A stretch of DNA of 64,000 bases from Octopus sinensis. Its lineage: Eukaryota. The DNA lies in contig NC_043004.1 in the NCBI RefSeq assembly GCF_006345805.1, positions 97,154,001-97,218,000 on the forward strand, read 5' to 3'. Below are positions 1-12,685 of this stretch, piece by piece; the stretch's first letter is position 1; every line of letters starts with the position of its first letter. The position numbers and the translations under genes were made by a program. Below the pieces are notes generated by a model, which had not been told where the DNA came from, did no database searches, and was given only the letters and a program-made list of their open reading frames with translations.

Positions 1-333
1 GGAATAAAGATACTTCTCTAACGTTCCATGCATTGGGACCGAATTTGAATGCATGCAAGTGTGAATGAAACTAGTTAATGAAACCAACATGCATATGCCT
101 GAATATAAAAATCATAGAAAAACATACAAATAAGAGTACTATCATCTGTGAGTGTGTCAGTGTTTGAGAGTGAGGATGAGAGAGAGAGAGAGAGTGAGGA
201 GGAGAGAGAGAGAAAGCTGGTTCCAGAGGCGTCCTATGTGATTCTTTCCACTTTTCTTGTTGCTGTTGGAGGTGATGATGATGCCGGAGTTACTAGGGTT
301 ATTGCTGTCTCAGTTGCTTTTGATGATGTCGTA

Positions 334-565
334 TACTCTTTACTCTTTTACTTGTTTCAGTCATTTGACTGCGGCCATGCTGGAGCACCGCCTTTTAATC
401 GAGCAACTCGACCCCGGGACTTATTCTTTTGTAAGCCCAGTACTTATTCTATCGGTCTCTTTTTGCCGAACCGCTAAGTAACGGGGACGTAAACACACCA
501 GCATCGGTTGTCAAGCAATTCTAGGGGGACAAACACAGACGCACAAACAGATACACACACACACA

Positions 566-618
<53 letters not shown>

Positions 619-777
619 CGACAGGCTTCTTTCAGTTTCCGTCTACCAAATCCACTCACAAGGCATTGGTCGGCCCGGGGCTATAGCAGAAGACACTTGC
701 CCAAGATGCCACGCAGTGGGACTGAACCCTGAACCATGTGGTTGGTTAGCAAGCTACTTACCACACAGCCACTCCTG
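334..777 (-). mobile_element. tRNA-derived SINE, family A (CORE-like, octopus OR-type), full length
   Basis: Minus strand has head CAGGAGTGGCTGTGTGGTAAG, B-box-like GGTTCAGTCCC, CORE-like CTTGGGCAAGTG, internal (TA)n(TG)n and an (AGTAAAAG)n tail. More than 10 near-identical copies occur in the window. Confidence 0.9.
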
Positions 778-779
778 AT

Positions 780-2030
780 GGTCTTATAGGTTTCGCAGCT
801 ACTCGTGCAATTGTTGGTGTTGCTGTTGTATTAGTAGCTGACTGTAATTTAGGTGTTCCAGTTGTCTCCGTTGTTGTTGAAGATGTGGTTGTAACTGTGA
901 TATATTGCTTTAGTTGTTACTGTTGTTGAGGTAGTATAGGTAGTAAGAATGGCTTCGTGTTTCCTATCTTTTGGGGTTAGAAGGCTCAAACGTCACATTT
1001 TCTATGTGTTCGGGATTCACATGAAGCAAGATATATATGTTTATCCCTTACTAGTTCTCCTTGCTGCTTAGTCTGACCCCAAGGTGTGTCTCCAGATCCT
1101 CTTATACAACGCAGGCTACGACCGTCCAGGTCTTCACGCCAGGCGGAATACCCGATATCCTTAGCATAACGGTTCTTCTTGAGAGCTATGTCGGATACAG
1201 GACACACTTCTCATTCTAACGGGATGTCACCGAATGTTTTCACGTGAAGCCCTCACTTTTGAAGAGGACTTCGATAATGGCAAACCGTCTCCGCCCTTGC
1301 ATATGGATTTCATCTTCCATAATGTCCTTCGGAGACTTCTCTACTCAAGTGATTGTGACCAGTTCGGTACTACATCTCTGTCGTGAGACACGTCTGTAAT
1401 AAACTGTTCCCTTTTCTAGTTTTTACGTGTTTTCAGGTGGCCCAAGTTCTGCTGCATTACTCATTCAAATTTAATAATTTGTTTTGCTTATCAAATTCCT
1501 TAATTCCCCAACCAGAGCTAGTGGAAACATTTCTTTTTTCGCGCTAGCAACGCCTAAAGGCTTCTTGATTTGTTGTTCCTGACGCCGTTAAGTTTTCCAC
1601 TGGTTTTATTATTGCTGTTGTTGATTTTGTCGTTGTTGGTAGTGTCGTTGCTTTTTTTTCTCTGGTGTCATTTTTCATGTTGTCCTCGGCGTTGTTTTTG
1701 CTGTTCACCATGTCCTTATTCTTTTGTATTTATTGCAGTTTGTTGCTGTTGCAGTGGATGCGGTGTTGGTGGATTCGCTGTTGCCTATATTGGCGGTGGT
1801 TTCGCTGCTGTATTTGCTGCTGTTTGCACTATCTCTGTTAATTATATTCTTGCTACTACTACTGGTGAACGTTGTGGTGGCGATTTTGCTGCGGCTGAGT
1901 TTCTCTGTGTTGTACGTTTCTTGTCTTCCTACAGGATTTTGTCGTTGCTGGCGGCGGCTGCTGGTATTGGTGTTGTAGATGTTGTTGCCGCTGCCACCAC
2001 TATCACCCTTCGGCTCATCGTCTTTTAGGG
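780..2030 (-). mobile_element. Degenerate non-LTR retrotransposon ORF1-like relic with Thr/Asn-rich low-complexity segments
   Basis: Broken minus-strand frames give LGHLKT..GTVYYRR..VEKSPKDIMEDEI..RRFAIIEVLF and LSRRTVMLRISGIPPGV. The layout matches the relic at 50900-52420. Family assignment is from recall only. Confidence 0.4.
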
Positions 2031-3853
2031 GAATTAGTGACGTCGGAGGTGTAAGAAGAAAGCCTTCATCTTTAGGAAGGCTGTTGCGAGGAATGGTTTT
2101 TTATCCTCGATGCTCATACGATGGAGCTATTGACGCCATTTTGTATATGTGTTGATTTTATATTAGACGGGAGTTTTATGAAGATGAAATATTGCCCCTT
2201 ACGGGTTAAGAACAAACACGGAACACCAGCCAAGAAATCATGGTATTCTTATTGGTTTTCTCCGAAAGTTTGTCGCATAAAAGGATAGCAAAGGATAACA
2301 AATCAACAGTTATAACCGAGACTCACGTAGCGTGTTCAAAAGTATGTCTGGACTAGTCCACAGGAAAAAAGATGATGATGATGATGATAACAACAGCAAC
2401 AACAACAATAATAATAATATATTATACAAAGAGAACGAGGAAATGCTTCATACTGTTTGGAAGTATATCATATTTTCTGTAAATATATGCCATCGCAAAA
2501 TTCCAGATTTTTATATACATACATACACACATATATAAACATAAAAAGTAGGAGAGAGAGAGTTATTAATTGAGATAAACATTACTATCTCCATATCCAT
2601 ATCAGCTCGATTTGGGTTTCTCTTATATCCATTCTTGATGGCACTGGGCTTGCCTTGAACGAAGAATTCGGAGTTTATGTTTAAATCCTTTTGAGCACTA
2701 TTGTGTTTCCTATACTGAGCATATCCAGCTCTCAACTATTGTCTGCACATATATATGTGTGTATGTGTGTGTGTATGTATAAATATATACGTATGAACGT
2801 ATGTATATATGTAGATATGTAGATATATATGTATATAGACACATACACACATAATTATATATGTTTATATGGTTAGTGAAGCTCGTAAATGCTAGCCTTA
2901 AGCTCTTACTATGCTTGAAATATTAAACGAATAAGATTTCTCCTTACTTACGAAGAATCAACATCTACAACCATCTACAACAATAAGAATAAAACTATTG
3001 CATCAATGGTTGCAGCAACTGTAAATAGCATATTGGTGGTATGAAAATATATTCTAAATGCGTGTGTGCGCGTGCGCTCGTGTGCACGTGGGCATGTGTG
3101 CACGTGTGTCATTATAATTGTGAGCGTAAATAGCCTCGTTGTCATTATGCAAAAGTATCGTAAATCCAAAACGTTGCTTTTTTCAGAAAACGAATAAATA
3201 GTTTCACCATTCGATAGCAAAACCGTTGTAATACGCTTTGACAATTTTTGATATCTTGGCATCTGAAACAGCTGGAGATACGATAGTTTGAGCAAAGGAA
3301 CCGGTTACGGCAAGCAAAAATAAATATTGAAATTCGGCCAAATTTGGACATGCGACAGTTTAACATAACAGCAATGATATGTGTATTTATACACATTCAC
3401 ACACACACATATATATATATTGTTATATATTTATGCGTGTGCACATTATATACATATGTGTTTCTGATTTGTTTCAAGATATGTGTATGGGCATAAATAT
3501 ATGTATAATATATATATATATACATACATGCATATATACATACATACATACATACATACATACACATGTATGTCTACATGCGTGTGTGTATAATGAAATT
3601 TTGTCAGAGATATATTGCACTCTTGCATATTTTTTTCACCGTTGCCCTCTTCTATTTCAAGGCATTAGAATCAATATATAAGAAAAAATAGAACAGAAAA
3701 ATATTTAAGAATTATCAAGCACATTCCAGATAAATATTTTTTTGTTTACAGAACTATGACGTTTTCCTGCCTCCAGTTGTGGAAAGGTTATGTGCCTTCG
3801 GCTATTTGAGTGTCACGAGGCATTTATACAGCTAGCTAAGCCATTTAAAAGTG

Positions 3854-3922
3854 CGCAACTGGAACACTAGATCACGTAATTTCGCTCTGTTTTGGCTCCT
3901 CAGTGTTAGATGTCCGGTTGCG
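3854..3922 (-). ncRNA. Candidate type I hammerhead ribozyme (solo)
   Basis: Minus strand: CUGAGGA-GC(CAAAACAGA)GC-GAAA-UU(ACGU)GA-UC. Distal stem I CGCAAC/GUUGCG plus GGA/UCC. Proximal stem I is imperfect. Confidence 0.5.
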
Positions 3923-4321
3923 ACATGACAGCCAAATCTCCATGTTAATGATATATAGAATTTAAGAAACTCATGTTGCAAATGCTTTTATGAACCACGA
4001 GTCCATTTGCAAAGTTCTCTCAAGGTAAATAGTAAATGACGTGGTATTCCATGTCCTAATACAACAGTCATATGAAGTTGGAGAAAAAGATTGTCTTTTG
4101 GTATGGAAACCCCTTCTGTCTGTCTATCTGTCTGTCTGTCTCTCTCTCTATATATAGATATATACACATATATAATTATATATATATATATATACATGTG
4201 TGTGTGTGTCTATATGTGTGTATGTGTGCATAAATATATGTGCGTGTATGTGCATTTATACATATACATATATACATACATACATGCATGTGTGTATATA
4301 TATGTGTATATATATATATAT

Positions 4322-4365
<44 letters not shown>

Positions 4366-4372
4366 TGTATGT

Positions 4373-4654
4373 GGAGGCGCAATGGCCCAGTGGTTAGGGC
4401 AGCGGACTCGCGGTCGTATGATCACGGTTTCGATTCCCAGACCGTGTTTATTGAGTGAAAACACCTAAAGCTCCACGAGGCTCGGCAGTGTGTGGTGGCG
4501 ATTCCTGCTGTACTCTTTCGCCAAAACTTATTCTCACTCTTTCTTCTGTTGGCTTGCTCGCTTAGCCAGCGGGATGGCGACATTTGAAGGCTAAAACAAT
4601 GTGATACGCGCACTGTGACCAGCGATGTGTAGCAACATCTGATAGCCTGGTCGG

Positions 4655-4655
<1 letters not shown>
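4373..4655 (+). mobile_element. tRNA-derived SINE, family B
   Basis: Head GGAGGCGCAATGGCCCAGTGGTTAGGGCAGCGGACTCGCGG...GGTTTCGATTCCC has A and B boxes. The same head occurs at 16990. Confidence 0.85.
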
Positions 4656-4700
<45 letters not shown>

Positions 4701-4705
4701 ATAAA

Positions 4706-4870
4706 TATTAGGGAATAAATCCAAATTTACAGGGAAAAAATCAGATTTAGGATTAAATCCAATTTTATAGTAAAATATTATAAAATATTATTAGAGACAA
4801 AACCACTATTTTGCAAAACAAACAAGGAAAGACTTAATCAATACATAAAATTTTAATAAATAGTCAAATA
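4706..4870. repeat. Interspersed repeat fragment, second short copy at 12909-12942
   Basis: TATTAGGGAATAAATCCAAATTTACAGGGAAAA versus TATTAGGGAGCATATCCAAACTTACAGGGAAAA. Both follow (TA)n. Confidence 0.55.
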
Positions 4871-5017
4871 TATATAAACACATATATACGCATATGTACG
4901 CGAGTTTTCATGTTTCCGGTCATGTAACTTAGCAGTGCGATAAACAGGAATAATTAAAACAGTTAAAATATGAGTCTGACTTAAAAGCTAATAATGGGGT
5001 AAAAAAATCAATTAAAA

Positions 5018-5110
5018 CCATACCCAATATTCTTCAGTCACCAAAATAACAAGAACTGTTAACTATTTCCAGAGACTGCTCGGGTATTTGACAGTATCTA
5101 CCACCCTGGT

Positions 5111-5142
<32 letters not shown>

Positions 5143-5898
5143 CTTGTAATCGATGCCCCAAAATGTTTTAAGATGTTCCCATCATTTGTCTGTGGCCTAG
5201 GTGAAACGTCAACCCGGAAATACTTTTTGGATATTTACTTATCATTTTGCTTCCAGGATTATTTTGACGCTGTCTGTATATAACAACTAAATTATGGAAC
5301 CCAATCCCAAACATATGAAAACACGCACATTGGCGCAGGAGTGGCTGTGTGGTAAGTAGCTTGCTAACCAACCACATGGTTCCGGGTTCAGTCCCACTGC
5401 GTTGCATCTTGGGCAAGTGTCTTCTGCTATAGCCCCGGGCCGACCAATGCCTTGTGAGTGGATTTGGTAGACGGAAACTGAAAGAAGCCTGTCGTATATA
5501 TGTATATATATATATATGTGTGTGTGTTTGTGTGTCTGTGTTTGTCCCCCTAGCATTGCTTGACAACCGATGCTGGTGTGTTTACGTCCCCGTCACTTAG
5601 CGGTTCGGCAAAAGATACCGATAGAATAAGTACTGGGCTTACAAAGAATAAGTCCCGGGGTCGATTTGCTAGACCAAAGGCGGTGCTCCAGCATGGCCGC
5701 AGTCAAATGACTGAAACAAGTAAAAGAGTAAAAGAGTAAGAGTATTCAACCTCATGTAGGCTGATATATGCACGCACGTACATACACACACACAAACACA
5801 CACACACACAAACAACCCGGGTGCTAGATTCTGTCAAATACCCGAGCAGTCTCTAGAAATAGTTAACAGTTTTTGTGACTTAAGAACATTGGGTATGG
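5018..5898. repeat. Inverted repeat pair (5018-5143 / 5770-5898) enclosing a SINE
   Basis: CCATACCCAAT..AACTGTTAACTATTTC..GAGACTGCTCGGGTATTTGACAG..(TG)n recurs as its reverse complement, with one indel of about 9 bp. Confidence 0.85.
5332..5743 (+). mobile_element. SINE family A, full length
   Basis: GGCGCAGGAGTGGCTGTGTGG head through AAGTAAAAGAGTAAAAGAG tail. Confidence 0.9.
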
Positions 5899-5899
5899 G

Positions 5900-6226
5900 T
5901 GTTCGGAAAAAAAAAACTTGATATCCATGAGTAAGGACGGGTTTGAAAGCGTTCAGGGAGGTATTATTGCTGTTAGTAACTAAGAGCTTCTCGCTCAGAT
6001 AGAAATCCAAATTGTAAGATGCTTGTGTGTTGCTACATGATACTGAGATATGGCTGATGAATTTGGAAATTTTGTGAAAACTGTAAAGAAATTAAATGAG
6101 AATGTTTCGCATGAGATTTAGTGTCTATGATTATGAACACTGGAGAAGAATCGAGAGAGAACCGAGTGTATCAAGGATCAGATGTGATTTGCATGAGAGA
6201 AGTCTGTGCTGGTATGAACAATCTGT
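5900..6226 (+). mobile_element. RTE-clade LINE relic (post-RT C-terminal region)
   Basis: Broken translation resembles FRE-LLLLVTKSFSLR..KL.DACV, similar to the RTE C-terminal FRELL..L..KGFSLRVKGRLY.ACV pattern. Confidence 0.55.
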
Positions 6227-6247
6227 ATGTATGAAGAATGTATAAAG

Positions 6248-6288
<41 letters not shown>

Positions 6289-6477
6289 GTTTACCCCCCC
6301 CCTTTTTTGTCCTCTTTCTTTCCTTTTACGATCCCTTTTGATCAAAAACCAAACCCACTTTTTTATCCCCAAAAGAAAAGCTCTACCTTGTAATTTATCC
6401 TGTCTGTGTGCAGCCCTGTGTGGCTAATAAAGAAACATATCTATCTATCTATCTATCTATCTATCTGTCTGTCTGCC

Positions 6478-6517
<40 letters not shown>

Positions 6518-6518
6518 G

Positions 6519-6574
<56 letters not shown>

Positions 6575-6662
6575 GTCTGTCGAGCTATCTATCTATCTGT
6601 CTGTCTGTCTCTATGTCTGTCTATCTATGCATCTATCTATTTATTTATCTACCTATCTATCT
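6248..6662. repeat. (TATC)n/(TGTC)n arrays split by a 150-bp insert ending in a SINE-D-like tail
   Basis: Arrays at 6248-6287 and 6438-6662. The insert ends GCCCTGTGTGGCTAATAAAGAAA. Confidence 0.8.
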
Positions 6663-6917
6663 ACCTTTTAAACTTTTGAATTTTTGAATTTTCGGGATTT
6701 TCAAGCGAGAACTTCCAAACGCATCCTCACTGTTCCCTGTTCGTGTAATTTATTAAAACCCTTCACACTAACTCAATTTCTTGTCATGTTTTAATGTTTT
6801 ACTTTTTTACTACATTTTCTACGTTTTCCATTGTCTTTTCTTCATTGTTCAATTCTGTAATCTTTCATTCTTAGCTTTTGGTTTCCCCATCGCTAATTGT
6901 TAACTTTTCAAGTATTA

Positions 6918-7015
6918 CTTCCTTCTACCTGTTCCTTCTTCCTTCTACCTGTTCCTTCTTCCATCTACCTGTTCCTTCCTTATCTCTACCTTCTACCCGT
7001 TCCTTCTACCTGTAC
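6918..7015. repeat. Short minisatellite, unit about 20 bp (CTTCTACCTGTTCCTTCTTC)
   Basis: Three close copies plus two degenerate copies are visible. Confidence 0.8.
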
Positions 7016-8485
7016 ATTCCTCCTAACTTAGCAGTACTTCTCTTAGCATAGCACCTCTTGTCACCATCGTTACTCTGTTATCTCTCTGTACTAGGCATGA
7101 AGAATGATAGCTGTATAAAGTATCAAGTTATCTTAGTGAAAGGTACCTGAAGAAGAAGACTGGAGGTGACAGAAGACAAAATAGTGAAGATTTATCTCAA
7201 ATGTGTATCCCCCAACAAACAGTACAGACTGGCACAACGCACATCTAAATTCTTTCTGTCTATTTTGTGTAAGTCAATAAAAGTAAAACCTGAAAATAGA
7301 AGGGTTGGCATGTACAATATCGGATGGCATTGTCTAATTGAAAATGGAAAATTATTTACTAAGCTTTAGGGACCATAAAATATTCAGATTTTTAATGGCT
7401 ACATGATGTTTTTAATGCATTAAAAATTAAGTTCGCTTCATCACAATAGGTGAGCTTTACTTTGGAATACATTTTAGCTATAGTCTTTTATTGAAAATAT
7501 CAGATTTTCCCTTTCATGCTGTGTAAAGTGCTTTTATTTTGTTTCTATCTGAATTGAATCTCAGAAATGTTATTTTAGGATTAGATTTTATTAAAATATT
7601 TTATGGTCAATCCAGAATACATTTTCTCTAATATGGATTAAGCAGTGAATTTGTTGAAATGGATTATTTCAAAATGAAAATGTGTTGACTGTTTTAAGAT
7701 GTTTCAATATGATATTTTTATCGGCATATTGTTTTAAAAGTTTTGAAAGCAAATTATGAAGCTAATTTAAAAAATTAATTTTGAAATATTATGGAAGCTC
7801 AAGTATTAATTGCAGTATTTTAACGACTATTTCTTACGTAAAACTAATTTTGTTTACAGTGAGGCATTGCCAAATATTTTCAAAGCATTTTTAAGCTGTA
7901 AAAATCTCCAAGAAAATACCTTAAAATTCTCCGAAATCTTTTAAAAGTTGTTTATAATTTTTTCTTTTATGAATGATTCTATTTCAAAAATTATTTTAAA
8001 ATAATTTCTAGCAACTTCTGTTAACAAATAAAACTCCAATTTTTAAATCCAAATTTAATATCCAACTTCACGGTTTGAACAATGTCTTCCAATGATATAA
8101 ATGCAAACGTAGAAATGTAAAGGTGTTTATATGAATGTAGAAATTAAATGTGCTGTTCTAAGTTGTCATTTAATGTTTAAGTTAATGCGTTTATTCGTAA
8201 GGAAATAAAAATGTGGATTAAGGGAGTTAAAGTGATATAAATAATATTGAAAACATGGAAATAAGTAAGTGATATATTGAAATAGAAAGTACGTAAAAGA
8301 ACGGGATAAAAATATATAAAAATTTGAAATATAAGGCAAGTATATAAAATATAAAAATTATACGGGAAAACATAAAGGATATGAAACTATAGATGTATAA
8401 ATAAGCCGAAAAAATATAAATAAGAAAATGAAAATGTTGGGTAAAATACAGGCGAACATTGTAAAAGTTTAAAAAAGAAATAAGA

Positions 8486-8486
<1 letters not shown>

Positions 8487-8532
<46 letters not shown>

Positions 8533-8562
8533 TGATGATAATAATAATAATAATAATAATAA

Positions 8563-8630
<68 letters not shown>

Positions 8631-8643
8631 TAATAATAATAAT
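8487..8643. repeat. (AAT)n microsatellite
   Basis: Seen directly. Confidence 0.95.
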
Positions 8644-10023
8644 GGGGTGAAACATTTGAAATGTGAACGAAAAATACAAATTACAAAGAAAAATTTGAGC
8701 ATTCAGAAGTTTAAATTTCAGAAAGCTTATTGGTGAATAATGTTTCAGAGATCTGTAGAGTTTATGACGACATGAAGAGATTTATTCTGAGGCTTTGTTC
8801 ATTATTGGCTTCTTAGCAAATTAAATTTCATAAGTTTCAGGTGTGTATAAATTGCATGGTTTCCCTATTTCCTTTCTAGAAATTTACGCCCGATGTAACT
8901 GTCGATTTCAGCTTTTATTGTATATTACTCTTTCTCATTCGTCATATGAATGTTGAAGGGATGTATCTTTACTACAATTATATTTCTAAATGTATCTGTG
9001 AGTCGGTCATATAAAAATTTGAATGGATTAAATGTGATGTTGACATAAATGTTAGTAGGATTTTGAATCTCAACTTCACATCAGTTCATAATATTCCTTT
9101 CAAGCTGCTTTCGTCATAATATGAAGAAGTTGTTCTGACTATTTACGTGCCTTTAGTATTTGATATCTTTGCAGGTGATGCAAAAGGAAAATATGCGAAT
9201 AGATTTAAGGGCTCTATATTATGATAAATTAAAAATGATTTAATTGTTTTCGTATTTATGAAATGGTTTGCAATAGCAATGGCGAAACTTTAAATGTAAA
9301 CCTGACAATTGGTGTTGCAACTACTGTATTAAATGGAAGACTGAACCATCATTTTACTTTCTTTATCATTTTTAGACGGTATATTGATATTGTCGATATC
9401 AATTTTAAAAAGAATTTTGGCAAAATATTTAATACATTTCCATGAAAATATCATGCTATATCCACTTTTAGAACACTGGAGAATTTTCATTCTGACGTAA
9501 TCCATATACTAAAAATTAAGATCCAGATATGAACTTGTAGATGAAAGCATATCCTACGTCTGCTATAACATACTTGCACACAAAAATATAAATAATAAAC
9601 ATTGATAAAATACATTGTAAAAACAAATTTGCACATATAGAAAATTAGCACTTAATCCGGTTTAACCACGAATTAAAAGAAATTAAATACATACTTTTGT
9701 AAGAAAGTGAACTCAAATTTTAATGCATGAAAACACCACCTTATTAAAAGCCAAGTCTTCCACAGGCAAATCTTATTTTAAAAAGTTCTTCTTTTCCTCT
9801 CAAGTCTTCTGTTCATTTTTTATTTCAGTGGCAGTGATAAAATAGTTACTTATTTGACTGATACGCAGATTTTATTTTACTGCTTGATAATCTTACCTGC
9901 GGTCATAGATTTACTAAAATTTTGAATTCTCTCTTCGAATTCAATGAAAAGCTATACGTTGGCAGTCGTTTGCTCTGCACTTAATCTGCAATTACTATAT
10001 AAGCATACATACATACATATATA

Positions 10024-10089
<66 letters not shown>

Positions 10090-10249
10090 ACAAACATACA
10101 TACATTTAAAGTAAAGAGAGAGAGAGCAATTACGTCGTGGAGGAGACATTTTGCGTTTCTAAAACTAATTGCTATATTCAAGTTTGATTTATTACGTGGT
10201 CTCATAATTTGTTGTCTGCAACTCAGTCACTGAGAATGACACACTACAG

Positions 10250-10308
<59 letters not shown>

Positions 10309-10424
10309 CACACATACGTATACAAATATATATATATATATGAATATATGTCTATATATATGTGCGTGTGTTTTATGTATATATATGTATTTATATACGC
10401 ATATATATATGCATGCATATATAT

Positions 10425-10470
<46 letters not shown>

Positions 10471-10524
10471 TATATATACATATGTATATGTATATATACA
10501 CACAGACGTATTTGTTTTATGATA

Positions 10525-11050
10525 TAATAAAAAGAATCTTACTTCAAGCTCAAGGACTACTCAGTGCATTTGGTAGAGTAAAAATTTATTTTTCTTTAGC
10601 ACGAACAGCATTCACAGTGACTTCGAAAAATCGGCCAGTTAAATCATCATGCGACTACTTAAATTTCGGTTCATCTTGACTTTCTATAGTCGCTGTCAAG
10701 TTAGAATCTTCTAGTGCAAGCTGTTTCTTCGTTTCACAGGGTGTGCATAGTGAGGACACGTTGTAGAACTCGAAATGTAGTCTTCAGCATAAGATGTGCT
10801 TGTAAAGACAAGAACATGACATACATAGGAGAACCATCTTGGAGCATTGCGGAAAGGCTAAATGAAGATTTGAGACAATGTGACGACAAGAAAATAGTCC
10901 TCCATACTCTACAAACATGCCATGGAGGCAACCTGAATGAACTTGACATCCGCATTTTATCTAAGCACCCAAAGGACCCAATCCTCAGACAAATAAAAGA
11001 GTATGTCTTTTTAAATGAAACATCCTCAGTACTAAATAAGAAATATACAT
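10525..11050 (+). mobile_element. Penelope-like element relic, GIY-YIG endonuclease fragment
   Basis: ORF 10714-11052 reads NVVFSIRCACKDKNMTYIGEPSWSIAERLNE...RQIKEYVFL, matching the GIY-YIG pattern N.VY.I.C....YIG....L..R..EH...E. Confidence 0.75.
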
Positions 11051-11694
11051 AGCAGGTAATCATAGACCCATCCCCACAGTTTATATTTATATACAGGTAG
11101 AATAGTTAGTGTGCTGTTATGTAGATGTGTGTGTGTGTGTGCATGTATAAGTATACATATATGTATATGCCTTTGTATGTAGGCAAATGGATATGAATGT
11201 AAATAGATAGGCATACAGACGGATAAGTACATAGGTAATATGAGCAGACAAGCACATATACATACGCAAATGAGGACTGAAACACATTACCATATATACA
11301 CAGATTTCAATTCACACATGGATACATGGAGACACACATCTAGACATACAAACGACATGCACACACAAGGAGACAGGTACACACACACACATACACACAG
11401 ACGCACAAACACACATGCAAACAAACACACATGCAAACAAACACACACACACATGAAAATACACACATATGAACACACAAACTCATGAATATGCAGAATA
11501 CATACATACAAACGTACACGCATGCATGCATACATGCATAAAAACACATACATGCATACACACTTACATGCATGTATATATACATACATAAATACATACA
11601 TAAACACGTGCATACATGTGTATGCGCACGCCCAGTGACCCACACACATGCACACAAAAAAAGAGCGCAACTCGGATAACTGACAGAGTCAACG

Positions 11695-11822
11695 ACTATT
11701 GCAAAGGTTGCAAGACGCAACGAAAATTTTAGGAAGAATAATAAGTAAATGAATAGAAACTGAACCGGTGTGTTGAATAATAAAGCACAAAAAGAGAATG
11801 ACTCTTCCCTGACAACAAAATA
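11695..11822. mobile_element. Half copy of the palindromic MITE at 57564-57843
   Basis: AAAGGTTGCAAGACGCAACGAAAATTTTA...AAAAGAGAATGACTCT is shared with the right arm of that MITE. Confidence 0.8.
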
Positions 11823-11911
11823 TGCTTCAATACAGGAACTCACATAAAGAATCTTGCAAACTAAATCCAAAAACGAAGTACACAATCAAACACACTCACA
11901 CACACACATAC

Positions 11912-12073
11912 AACGGGCTTCTTTCATTTTCCGTATACCAAATCCACTCACAAGGCTTTGGTCGGCCCAGAGCTATAGTAGAAGACACTTGCCCAAGGTG
12001 CCATGCAGTGGAATTGAACCCGAAACCATGAGGTTGGGTAGCAAGCTTCTTACCACATAGCCATACCTGCGCC
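11912..12073 (-). mobile_element. SINE family A, 5' half
   Basis: Head to GAAAGAAGCCCGT, then microsatellite. Confidence 0.85.
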
Positions 12074-12579
12074 TTCTATATATATGCACACACATATTCA
12101 TCAGTTTTAAGACTGATACTGCACCTAGGTTTGGAACAAAATGTTTGTTTTTCTATATCTTTTCAAATGCATTAAGATACTATGCTCGTTTCAGCAACTT
12201 TAAAAGAAATTTTACTGGAAAATAAAAGAGTTAAAAACAACATGAAAATTTAGAAGGAAGAGAATGCGCAAGGAAAAGTTTAATAATATAACATACTAAA
12301 ATGTCAGATTTTCAATAGGTTTCATATCTAAATTACATAATGCAAACTCAAGTGTCTAATACGCTTCACAGTTATAAGAAATAACGAAAGTTTCATAAAT
12401 TTCTTAAGAATATATGATATAAATTTCAATGTTCGGATGATAAGAAGTGGCCAGAACGTATGATAAATAAATGGCATCTCCAGGCGATCCGCCAACCAGA
12501 ATATTAGGCCACAAGTAGACAAAGCAAGTGACATCTTTGAATGAACAGCCAATAAGGATTTGAAACTGTCACAAGACTT

Positions 12580-12654
12580 ACGTATGTATGTATGTGTGTA
12601 TGTATGTATGTAGGTATGTATGTATGTATGTATGTATGTATGTATGAATGTATG

Positions 12655-12685
<31 letters not shown>

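Noticed and set aside
4373-4445. tRNA gene calls at SINE heads (also 16990, 19963, 39229, 45047)
   Set aside because: A and B boxes are present, but each continues into a repeated SINE body and lacks a complete cloverleaf and acceptor stem.
7085-7155. Hammerhead-like AUGAAGA...GAAAGGUACCUG
   Set aside because: C3 is wrong, the cleavage position is G, and there is no stem I.
12328-12552. Hydrophobic ORF with WLADRL..YHTFW, faintly like alkaline-ceramidase (CREST) motifs
   Set aside because: Motif spacing is off, the second His is missing, splice sites are weak, and no partner exons were found.
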